From NCBI GenBank assembly GCA_947507875.1, contig CANNQP010000003.1, positions 132,299-196,298 on the forward strand: 64,000 nucleotides of DNA, read 5' to 3'. The stretch is from Verrucomicrobiaceae bacterium. Its GTDB lineage: Bacteria > Verrucomicrobiota > Verrucomicrobiia > Verrucomicrobiales > Verrucomicrobiaceae. How positions within the stretch are numbered: the first letter of the stretch is position 1; each line of letters begins with the position of its first letter. The notes under the pieces were generated by a model. That model worked only from the letters and a program-made list of their open reading frames with translations. It did not search any database and had not been told where the DNA came from. The position numbers and the translations under genes are program-made. This document shows positions 1 through 8,363 of this stretch, one piece after another.

Positions 1-599
1 CTCCGTGGCGGAGAGGCGGCCCACCGTCAGGATCACAGGCTGATTCTCGTTCAAGTGATACCGCTGGAGTAGATAGACAGGCTTCGCGCCTGGGGAAAAC
101 TGCGCCTCTTGAAATGTATCTGGCACCACAGGCATGCGCACCAGGGGCACGCCTGCTTCTTGGTGAATCAATTGCCGCGTGTAATTGCTGACGGGTAGGA
201 TACCTGTGGCGGCACGCATAGCCGCCCCGAACAGACCCCTTAGTCGGCCCCAGACTTCAATGCCATGAGCGGCCGTCAGGCAGGGAATGCCCAGCCACGT
301 CAGCGGAGCCAATGCCTTCATGAAGTGGGGATGCGTGGCGAGAATAAAGTCGGGACGCTCACGCAAGGCCCAGGTCCATCCTGATGCGGTGAAGGCGACC
401 GTACGCCGCCATCCGTGCAGATGGCCGAAGGCATGCCATCCAGCCCCTCCCCCCTGATCGTTTTTGCTGAAGACCCTGACGCGAGCATGCGGGAAAAGCG
501 CCCGCAGCGCTTCCGCACAACAGGCAGAATAATGCTGAATACCGCCGGTCTCCTCCAAGCCGCTAACCCAAAGGTGGATGCATGATGGACTGTCCTTCA
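1..599 (-). CDS. Glycosyltransferase family 4 (GT-B), N-terminal part; the gene leaves the left edge of the window
   Basis: Absent from the ORF track because it is truncated by the window edge. The reverse complement from 599 reads ATG AAG GAC AGT CCA TCA TGC ATC CAC CTT TGG GTT AGC GGC TTG GAG GAG ACC GGC GGT = MKDSPSCIHLWVSGLEETGG..., a typical GT4 N-terminus. It is co-directional with the next gene and 3 nt from it. Confidence 0.6.
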
Positions 600-601
600 T
601 C

Positions 602-2020
602 TCAGGTGTAGCGACGGCGTGACGACGCTGCGCGCCCCTGACCTGCCCTAACCAAAGGATGCATCGCGCCAAGGTCATAGAACTTCTTGAACAGCAGATG
701 ATGCACGATGGTGGCAAAGACGGCAAAAGCCGCCACGGAGCCAATGACCTCCGACATTTGTCCTCCTGGCTGGATCATACCGATGGCAGGCAGCATCCAG
801 CGGGCGCAGCCCCACTGGTCTCCCTGGGCGAGGCGGTCTGCGGCACGCACATCCATCCAGCGCAGCGCGATGCCAAACAGGAGAAAACCAACAAAAAGCC
901 CAGCCCAACCAAAGTTCACGTAGAACTCTAGCACCTGCCCCGCCCCCACACTGGTGCCATCGGCGAATCTTTGCCCGGTGAAGCGGCTTACCAAATCACC
1001 CCCACCTCCCGTCACAGGCTTACCCGGCCAAAGAATGCGTGGCACCCAGGCGATGGCGGCGATGAGCAGCGTCTCGCCATTCGCAAATCCCACGCGCCCT
1101 AATTCGAGATGACGCCAAGCCTTTCCCGCTAGGTCATTCTGGTTCAAACGAGAGTCCACCACCTCCAGATGATCTTGCCGGGAAAAATCGAGGAACTGGA
1201 AATCCTCAAAAATGCTCACGACACGCTCCAGACGACTGCCCAGAGCAAACTGCTCACGCACCGCATCGCGGATGAGCTCTCGCTCAATCATCCAATTAAG
1301 GAAGAAGCTCAGTCCCAGGTATAGTACCAAAGCCAGGACCGTGAAGGAGATCCAGCGAGGACGGTAAAAGCTCAGCACCAACAGCCAGACCACTGCCGCG
1401 GCGCTGGCCCCATAACCGGCGAAACCCATGAACAGCATGGTGATCACCGGGATACCAGCCGTAGCCGCAAGGCCCAAAAGAAGGCGGGAATGACGACGCT
1501 GCTGGAATGCCTGCCAGCAATAGAGGTAAAGACCCGCCACACTGCACGAGCAACCCGCCGTGGTGAGCGTGCCCAAGCTGGGCAGCAGGCGGAACACAGG
1601 CGCAAAGACGAAGAAGGACAGGAAAGCCACGATGACGAGCGTGCCAGGCAGCTGTTTCGTCAATTCCCGACATGGGAGGAACGGCTGAGAAGCCGCCTGC
1701 TGCTTGATGAAAAGTGGCGTCACCAGCACTCCCAGCACAAAGGCCGCCATGCCCAGCACGGTCATGCGGAAGCCATAGAATGTCGTCTCTAGCGTCAGAC
1801 CACTCTGCACCAGCATCGCGTGCCGTGGCGTGTATTTCGGAAAGGTATGGATCCAGGCAGAGAAGGCATGAATGACCGAGAGCGTGACGGCATAAACCAG
1901 CGGCAGGCCTAGTGCCCGTTTAGACCGCCACTGCACGGTAAGCAGAAGCAGCAGGAGGCCTGCGTAGATGAGGAACAGGCCGAAAAGGTTGTCCTTGGTT
2001 GGGGCGTTCAGGAAGTACAT
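602..2020 (-). CDS. Polytopic membrane protein, Wzy-like repeat-unit polymerase or O-antigen-ligase-like
   Basis: 472 aa with about 10 or more hydrophobic segments and a large loop. The C-terminal region 'GAGQVLEFYVNFGWAGLFVGFLL' resembles the conserved end of oligosaccharide repeat-unit polymerases. It lies in a glycan-locus context. The assignment is by eye only. Confidence 0.45.
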   Translation of the reverse strand: MYFLNAPTKDNLFGLFLIYAGLLLLLLTVQWRSKRALGLPLVYAVTLSVIHAFSAWIHTFPKYTPRHAMLVQSGLTLETTFYGFRMTVLGMAAFVLGVLVTPLFIKQQAASQPFLPCRELTKQLPGTLVIVAFLSFFVFAPVFRLLPSLGTLTTAGCSCSVAGLYLYCWQAFQQRRHSRLLLGLAATAGIPVITMLFMGFAGYGASAAAVVWLLVLSFYRPRWISFTVLALVLYLGLSFFLNWMIERELIRDAVREQFALGSRLERVVSIFEDFQFLDFSRQDHLEVVDSRLNQNDLAGKAWRHLELGRVGFANGETLLIAAIAWVPRILWPGKPVTGGGGDLVSRFTGQRFADGTSVGAGQVLEFYVNFGWAGLFVGFLLFGIALRWMDVRAADRLAQGDQWGCARWMLPAIGMIQPGGQMSEVIGSVAAFAVFATIVHHLLFKKFYDLGAMHPLVRAGQGRAASSRRRYT

Positions 2021-2035
2021 GGTCTCTCGGTCGGT

Positions 2036-4408
2036 TCAGCCTTTTCTCCTCTCACAAACCTCGCGGCAAATGCCAGCAAAATCCTCGGCAGCCTGGCGCC
2101 AAGAGCGGACGGCCCGAGCTGGATCGGTGGTCTCCATCTTTTCCAGCAATTCCTGCCGGTGATCGCGTGCCCAGACTAGGCAATCCATGAGTGCTTCAGG
2201 ATCACGAGCAGGGATGGACCATCCAAAGACGCCGCGTTCCAGCAGTTCCTCCACACCAGACTCCTTGGTGGACAGCACGGGTAGCCCCGCCGCGGCCGCC
2301 TGCCAGAGCACTGCGGCGAGTCCCTCCTCCAGGGAAGGCAGGACGAAGATGTCGGCCCATTCGTAATGGGCGCGCAGCGCTGCCTGCGGCACGCGAGGAA
2401 AAAATTCAATCCAAGCACTCAGCTCTTCCTGGAGTGGGCAAGCTGCCTGACTAGGCTGCCCCACCACACGGAAAATCACACCTTGCCTGTGCAGCCTCCG
2501 CGCCACCTCCATGATATCCATCGCACCCTTCCTGTAGCTAAAGGTGCCTGTCATCAAAACTCGCAACGGCTGTCCTGCTTGATGTCGCAGCCGCCTTGCC
2601 TCCAAAGCTTCAGGTCGAGGCATGAATTGGGCGTCGTCCACTCCCGGCACCATCACGCGCACTGCCGTTTCTGAGTGCCCCTGTTCCAAAAAAGTTCCCT
2701 GACAGAAACGCGACAAGACCACCACGGTATCCGCTAACTCATACTCACGTCTTTCTCTGGATATGATGCCTTGCAGCGGACGCTCCAGAGGCGCATCTGC
2801 ACGCATCACCTCCGCCTCAATTTGGGCGTCTTGCCAGCGGATGTGGGTGGAACCACGGGCCAAAAGCCTGACGACAGCCGTCCGCGGCGCACGCAGGTGC
2901 TCCAAGGAGACACTGCTCCACGTGTAGCTGACGTCCCAGCGCTGCTGGCCGAGTCGGGCAGCGAGCCAGCGACCGAACCAAGCATGAAGCTCAAGCATGA
3001 GGTCTGGAAAGGCGGCTGCCCCGCCCAAGCGCTCCACCAACCGCACCACGAAGCCATGCAGGCAATGGCAGGTCACCAACCTCCGAGGCACCCCAAAGCG
3101 CTCGACCAAAAAGGGTGGATAGTTGGTGAAAACACGCACCTCATGACCCAGAGCAAGCAGCCCCCGCGCCAAGCCAAACGCATGGAAACGGCCATGAACG
3201 CCAATGGCGATCTTCAGCTGCGTTCGTTTACCCAGCTCCGAAGCTGCATGACGAAGGGCAGCCACCGTCTCCGTCGCCACGGTTTCCCAGCCGCGGCTGG
3301 CACTATCCTCCCAGGCTGACTTGGACATGGCCACCAATGCTTCGCGGTTCTCGTGCAGGGCACGCAGATGGGTGGCGAATGCGTCGGGGGTGCGCACCGG
3401 CAGCACCCAGCCGCTCACCCCATGCTGGATGATGTCTGCGGCATCACAGTTCTCTGTCACTAGCACGGGTAAACCCGAGGCTTTGGCATGAGCCACCACC
3501 ACCGCAAAACCATCCTCAAGGGTCGGCATCACAAACACATCAGCCGCTGCGTACACCTTCGGCAGCTCCTTCTCCGGCACCCGAGGCTGAAATGAGATCA
3601 AGCCTGCGGCTGATTTCGCCAACGGCATGGCTTCAGGAACGACCGTCCCGACAAAAACCACGTCTGCGATGTCCTGGACGCGCCGGGCCAGTTCCACCAA
3701 GTCTAGGCATCCCTTCCGATGGGAGAATGTACCCACGGCCAGCACACGAAGCCGTTGACCCGCCAGTAAACGCTTTTTCCGCGCCTCCATGATTTCTGGC
3801 GTCGCATGAAAGATGCGCAGATCCGCCGCCAGATGGATGACACAAAGCCGTCTGGCGGGTATGGCACGCTGCTCAAACGTGCGCCGGGAAAATCCACCAA
3901 GGATAAATATCTGGTCGGCCAGCGCATACTCGCGGCCCTCGCGCGCCACCATCCAGGGGGAAGGCTTCGCCACGATCAGTCGCGCGCGCTTTTCCTCGGC
4001 AGTTAGGATGTCTCTCTGCTCCTGAATGTGGGAGGAAGCACGGACCAGCACGCGCAGCGCCCGTCCTCCCAGGCCGTCGGAAAAGGCCTCCTCCGCTACC
4101 CCTGAAAAAGCGAGCACCGCATCGAAGTCACGCCCGCGCACAGCGGCTGAGGCCCTGCTGGCAAAGTAGCGGTGCAACCACGGCTCCAGCCAGCTGCTGA
4201 GGCGCAGTTTTTCCGCTAGCCGTGAGATCAACCCATGGGAAAGCACGCTCACCACGGCGGTCGCCGGCACTCCCCAACGGATGGCGATGCTTGCGGGGTA
4301 GTTGGTCACCACCGTGACCTGATGACCCTGACGGATGAGCTCACGAGCCAAGTCGAAGGCGAAAAAGCGGCCATGGACGATGATGGCAATTTTCAGAGGC
4401 TGATTCAT
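2036..4408 (-). CDS. Tandem double GT4 glycosyltransferase (two complete GT-B modules in one 790-aa protein)
   Basis: The two halves start alike: 'LKIAIIVHGRFFAFDLARELIRQGHQVTVVTNYP' and 'LKIAIGVHGRFHAFGLARGLLALGHEVRVFTNYP'. Each half ends with a GT4 E-x7-E-type region ('PTLEDGFAVVVAHAKASGLPVLV' and 'PSLEEGLAAVLWQAAAAGLPVLS'). Confidence 0.8.
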   Translation of the reverse strand: MNQPLKIAIIVHGRFFAFDLARELIRQGHQVTVVTNYPASIAIRWGVPATAVVSVLSHGLISRLAEKLRLSSWLEPWLHRYFASRASAAVRGRDFDAVLAFSGVAEEAFSDGLGGRALRVLVRASSHIQEQRDILTAEEKRARLIVAKPSPWMVAREGREYALADQIFILGGFSRRTFEQRAIPARRLCVIHLAADLRIFHATPEIMEARKKRLLAGQRLRVLAVGTFSHRKGCLDLVELARRVQDIADVVFVGTVVPEAMPLAKSAAGLISFQPRVPEKELPKVYAAADVFVMPTLEDGFAVVVAHAKASGLPVLVTENCDAADIIQHGVSGWVLPVRTPDAFATHLRALHENREALVAMSKSAWEDSASRGWETVATETVAALRHAASELGKRTQLKIAIGVHGRFHAFGLARGLLALGHEVRVFTNYPPFLVERFGVPRRLVTCHCLHGFVVRLVERLGGAAAFPDLMLELHAWFGRWLAARLGQQRWDVSYTWSSVSLEHLRAPRTAVVRLLARGSTHIRWQDAQIEAEVMRADAPLERPLQGIISRERREYELADTVVVLSRFCQGTFLEQGHSETAVRVMVPGVDDAQFMPRPEALEARRLRHQAGQPLRVLMTGTFSYRKGAMDIMEVARRLHRQGVIFRVVGQPSQAACPLQEELSAWIEFFPRVPQAALRAHYEWADIFVLPSLEEGLAAVLWQAAAAGLPVLSTKESGVEELLERGVFGWSIPARDPEALMDCLVWARDHRQELLEKMETTDPARAVRSWRQAAEDFAGICREVCERRKG

Positions 4409-5434
4409 TCAGTGGAAATGAGGAAGGGCAGATGCCTGGATGGCGCGCAGTCTATCCGCATAGGTGTGGGATCCTAGCAGCAGCCGCTGCCGCGCAGATT
4501 GGCGCATGACCTGCCGCGCCGCCTCTGGCAGATGGAGAATCTCATGCGCACGCGCTGGCAAGTCCACAAGGCTAGAAAAGAAGAACGCCGACTCTCCCGC
4601 CGTGCCCAAGAGAGCACGATGGTCCGGCGTGTCCTCCACCAAGAGGCAGCCACCGATGGCAGGCAATTCATAGCTGCGCATGGAATGTCCATCACGGTTC
4701 GCACGCCGGACGAGGCAGAGATTTGCCCCAGCGGCAGCCACGATGCGGCGGCATTGTTCCTCATCCGCATGGCCGTGCGCGTGCACACTCAGATCAGGGT
4801 ATTCTTTCCAATAACCGCCCCAGAGTGAAACCGGCACTCCGGCGCGCACCAGCGCACGCGCTGCCGCCACACGGTCCGCATCCGCGCCACCAATGAAGAC
4901 CAGCCGCTGCCCCCAGCTCCGGCGATCTTCTGCGGAGACCGCGAGCGGTGGACGATGCTCCTCCGGCGCATAGGCAAAGGGCAGCCAAGAAACACCCGGC
5001 CCCCCGAGGGCTAGGAGTTCCTTCTCATTGGCACGACGCGGCGTGAAGACATGCGCATAGTGGGGCAGCGCACGCAGGAACCAAGGCGCACGGTGCGCGG
5101 GATTCCAGGGATCATCGGTCAGAAAGTTCACCACTGGGTTCCCCGAGCTTTTCATGGCCGCCAAGGACTGGGCATCCAAAGGCGCGATGCCGGTGGCAAG
5201 CACCAGGTCAGGCTGCCAGACCCGGCAGTGTGCCTGGACCGCCCGACTGAAGCCACCCAGCCGCAGGGGACGATGCCCTAGCAGATGCCAACAAACCCGG
5301 CGCACCCAAGACGGCCCCGCAAACGCGGCATTCACATCCAGCAGCTCCACCTGCCAACCCAGTGAGCGTGCCGCATTCAGGAAATGCCTGCCCACGTGGG
5401 TGGGAGCAGGGTTGGCGATGAGAAGGAGACGCAT
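4409..5434 (-). CDS. CgeB-like / DUF3880-type GT-B glycosyltransferase family protein
   Basis: 341 aa. Motifs are 'LVFIGGADADRV...', 'SMRSYELPAIGGCLLVEDTPDH' and a C-terminal 'HTYADRL', as in the CgeB/Glyco_trans_1_2 family. Its stop directly abuts the start of the next gene (4408/4409). Confidence 0.5.
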   Translation of the reverse strand: MRLLLIANPAPTHVGRHFLNAARSLGWQVELLDVNAAFAGPSWVRRVCWHLLGHRPLRLGGFSRAVQAHCRVWQPDLVLATGIAPLDAQSLAAMKSSGNPVVNFLTDDPWNPAHRAPWFLRALPHYAHVFTPRRANEKELLALGGPGVSWLPFAYAPEEHRPPLAVSAEDRRSWGQRLVFIGGADADRVAAARALVRAGVPVSLWGGYWKEYPDLSVHAHGHADEEQCRRIVAAAGANLCLVRRANRDGHSMRSYELPAIGGCLLVEDTPDHRALLGTAGESAFFFSSLVDLPARAHEILHLPEAARQVMRQSARQRLLLGSHTYADRLRAIQASALPHFH

Positions 5435-5448
5435 GGAAGAAGCAGAGT

Positions 5449-6636
5449 TCAGCCCCTGAGCCGTCGCCAGGCTTCGTGAAGACCTGCGGCAGCTTTGGCC
5501 ACGTCATACTGAGCCACTCTTTCGCGGCAAACCCGACGCTGAGAGCTCGAACCATCCGTCCAGGCCATGCAACGCTCCAAGGCCGCCGTCAGGGCAGACC
5601 CCTCATTCACCGCGAAGACTTCGCCCGTGCGACCGGGCAAGACCAAATCAGGCGCACAGCCGACCGCCTCGCTCACCACGGCAGGTAAGCCGTGATGCAG
5701 GGCGTCATTCACCACAAGGCCCCAGGTCTCCATCTCTCGGCTAGGCAGCAACAGAGCGTCCGCTGCGTGATACCAAGCGCTCAGGCCTGACTGATTTACA
5801 AAACCCGCAAAATGGGCCGGCACCCCAGGTGGCATGCTGCAGGCTGCCTCCAACTCAGCACGCTTTTCACCATCTCCCACAAAGACGAGATGCACTTTCC
5901 GCCGCAAGGCCTCTGGCAGCGCAGCCACCGCTCGGGGGATCAAATCCACCCCTTTCCGCCAGGACAACTTGCCTGAAAAAAGCAGCACCCAGGCGTCCTG
6001 CGGAAGGCCCGCCTTTTGCCGCGTGGTTACGCGCAACCTTTCGCGCGCATCATCCCCGGGTTCAAACAGCGCCGTGTCCACGCAGTAGGGCGAATGGATC
6101 AGCCGTGCCGTGGGCACGCCTAGGCGACGGTAATGCGCGAATGAATTTTGACCAAGATAAAGGCAGGCCGTACAGCGCCGGTAGAGCCTGCGCAGCCATA
6201 CATCGCGCAGCAGCCTGCGCCACCAGCCGCGTCCCAAGCGCGCAGCATCGCTCGTTTCACCCCGGAAAAAAAGCGGGACCCGATGCCGCAGAGCCCAACG
6301 GATCCCCGCGCGGTCCAGGGGATGATGATAACCCAGGGCCAACAGCGCGGTCGGCTTGATCTCATCGAGCACCGCCTCCAGCCCCTGAGCCGTCACTTGT
6401 TCATAGCTCTGTGCCTCCGGCTGGAGCACACGGCTGGGATAGCCCGCCAGCAGATCTGCCTCCCAGCGGAAGGACGTGCCAAACTCACGGTCGCGATAGC
6501 CGCGCACGCTAAAGTCTGCTCCATAAATCACGCGGAGGGGCACCCCCAGCTCCGCCGCCGCACGCCAGACCGGCGCATGATACTGCACCGGATGCGTCTC
6601 CACGAGGGTGAGGGTAGATGAAGTCGTGTCGCTCAT
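5449..6636 (-). CDS. GT4 glycosyltransferase
   Basis: 395 aa. Motifs are 'LLFSGKLSWRKGVDL', 'VHLVFVGDGEKRAELE' and 'LLLPSREMETWGLVVNDALHHGLPAVVSEAVG'. There is a 4-nt overlap with the upstream gene. Confidence 0.8.
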   Translation of the reverse strand: MSDTTSSTLTLVETHPVQYHAPVWRAAAELGVPLRVIYGADFSVRGYRDREFGTSFRWEADLLAGYPSRVLQPEAQSYEQVTAQGLEAVLDEIKPTALLALGYHHPLDRAGIRWALRHRVPLFFRGETSDAARLGRGWWRRLLRDVWLRRLYRRCTACLYLGQNSFAHYRRLGVPTARLIHSPYCVDTALFEPGDDARERLRVTTRQKAGLPQDAWVLLFSGKLSWRKGVDLIPRAVAALPEALRRKVHLVFVGDGEKRAELEAACSMPPGVPAHFAGFVNQSGLSAWYHAADALLLPSREMETWGLVVNDALHHGLPAVVSEAVGCAPDLVLPGRTGEVFAVNEGSALTAALERCMAWTDGSSSQRRVCRERVAQYDVAKAAAGLHEAWRRLRG

Positions 6637-8363
6637 GGTTTCATGCTGGGACGTGCAAGTGCCAGCACCACATGCAACGGCACTTTCCCAGGAAGCGTGC
6701 TGATAGAATACCCCGGCAGTTCTGGAGGCCTCTGCCCAACAAAGACAGCGGCATCCAGCTCACGTGCAGCCAAAGCTGCCAGCACAGCTTGGCGGTCCTG
6801 CTGCCATTGACGACCATACACGGGATTGTTTCCGTCATGAAACCAGCCCACTTGACAGGTTCCCCGAGCGGCAACCGCCAGCGCACGCAAACGCGCCGCC
6901 TGATTGACCTCCACCTCGTCAAAAAGCCCCCCGAGCGCCTTGACCGCCCTAGTTGACATGCCAAAAGCCGCTAGCATCGGCTCGACACCACGGTGGCCTA
7001 CACGGGCAAGTTCCAAATGCTCTGCCAGGCGGTCAAAACTGCCTGAGTCAGCCAGTCTAAGTAGAGGACAGCGGAACAATGTGTAATCAAGGGCCACACG
7101 GTGCACCCCTGCTTTGTCCAGCAATGAACGAATCTGGAGGTGAGCTTCACGGCGGGCACGCATCTCTGCCATTTCCATGGACATGGCCTGCCAACCTTGA
7201 ACCAGCGACACCACTGTCAGCAGCCCAAGCATGGCAGACACGGCGTGGCGTTGCCTGCCCTTTAACCACACAGCCAGCCAGGGCAATAACCACAGGAATC
7301 CGAAGAAGAACAGCAGCATGCCCAGTGGCGGGAAGTAGCGCTCGACTACCTGCTTGGAACCAGCAGCTGTCTTGATTAACCAAAGTACGGACAGCGCTCC
7401 CCCCACAGCGAGCGCACGCTCCTGCTTACGACAAAAAGCCACCGCCATACCGGCCAACCCAAAGGCCAGCAGCCAGACGGGAATCCCCAGGCTAAGCAAA
7501 CGCATGGTCTCGGCTAAACCCACGGATTCACCAGGCTTGAACTTGACCACCCCCACCATCGTTTTCACCAGCCGCACAGGGTCGGCCAAAAACCAGGGCG
7601 TGGCCAAAAGCGCACCGAGCAGCAAGCCGCAAGACCAGGCCAACAACCAGCGCAACCAGGGTAGCCGCCCGTTCCAAGCAACCAGGGCCAGCGCAGGCAG
7701 CATAGGCAGCAGCGTCATCTTGCTGCCCAGGGCCAGACCGGCGAGCAAGGCCGAACCCAAGATTCTTTCCAAAGTCAGGACACCCGCGCGGGCTACCGTC
7801 AATGCGGCTAGCACGAGGCCCCAAGCCAGCCCATCCGAAGTCGCCATGCAGCCATGCCGCCAATGCAAGGGAAAACAGGCCGCTGCCAGGGCTAGTGCCG
7901 CAGCCCAGACCCAGGGCACCCCCAGCCGCACCCCCAGCCACACCGGCAGGGCAAAACCCAGCGCAGAGATGAACGCCCCGACCCAACGCATCCAGGTCCA
8001 AGCCTGCCCAGGCTCAAGAAGTACCTGCCCGATGTGCGCCGCTAAGCCATCCGGCGTGCGCGGCACTCCCTGAGTCAGCGCGGAGACTCCCAGGTGGGCC
8101 AATGCGACATGACGCATCAGGCCACCTGGCCAAATCAAACGCTGCGGCACGGTGCCGAGCACCGGTCCTAGGGAGGCCTCATGCATTTCTGCCTCATCGG
8201 GGTCGTAGAGCATGGGCTCTGAGGGCGCCGGAATCCAGAGCAACCGCAGCAGCAGCGTGAGGGCAAAGACCAGCAGGGCCGCTCCGCCTGCCGCACCGGG
8301 CAGGCAGGGGCAGAGTCTCTGAATCAGCATCTTGACCATGCTCATCATGTTTTTTCCATCCAC
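6633..8363 (-). CDS. GT-C fold (ArnT/PMT-like) polyprenyl-phosphate-sugar-dependent membrane glycosyltransferase, putative, with a C-terminal soluble domain
   Basis: 576 aa. The N-terminal ~400 aa are polytopic. The first loop carries 'LYDPDEAEMHE', a DE motif as in GT39/GT83 enzymes. The last ~190 aa are hydrophilic. The start is uncertain because several Met codons lie within the first 12 codons. Confidence 0.45.
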   Translation of the reverse strand: MDGKNMMSMVKMLIQRLCPCLPGAAGGAALLVFALTLLLRLLWIPAPSEPMLYDPDEAEMHEASLGPVLGTVPQRLIWPGGLMRHVALAHLGVSALTQGVPRTPDGLAAHIGQVLLEPGQAWTWMRWVGAFISALGFALPVWLGVRLGVPWVWAAALALAAACFPLHWRHGCMATSDGLAWGLVLAALTVARAGVLTLERILGSALLAGLALGSKMTLLPMLPALALVAWNGRLPWLRWLLAWSCGLLLGALLATPWFLADPVRLVKTMVGVVKFKPGESVGLAETMRLLSLGIPVWLLAFGLAGMAVAFCRKQERALAVGGALSVLWLIKTAAGSKQVVERYFPPLGMLLFFFGFLWLLPWLAVWLKGRQRHAVSAMLGLLTVVSLVQGWQAMSMEMAEMRARREAHLQIRSLLDKAGVHRVALDYTLFRCPLLRLADSGSFDRLAEHLELARVGHRGVEPMLAAFGMSTRAVKALGGLFDEVEVNQAARLRALAVAARGTCQVGWFHDGNNPVYGRQWQQDRQAVLAALAARELDAAVFVGQRPPELPGYSISTLPGKVPLHVVLALARPSMKP

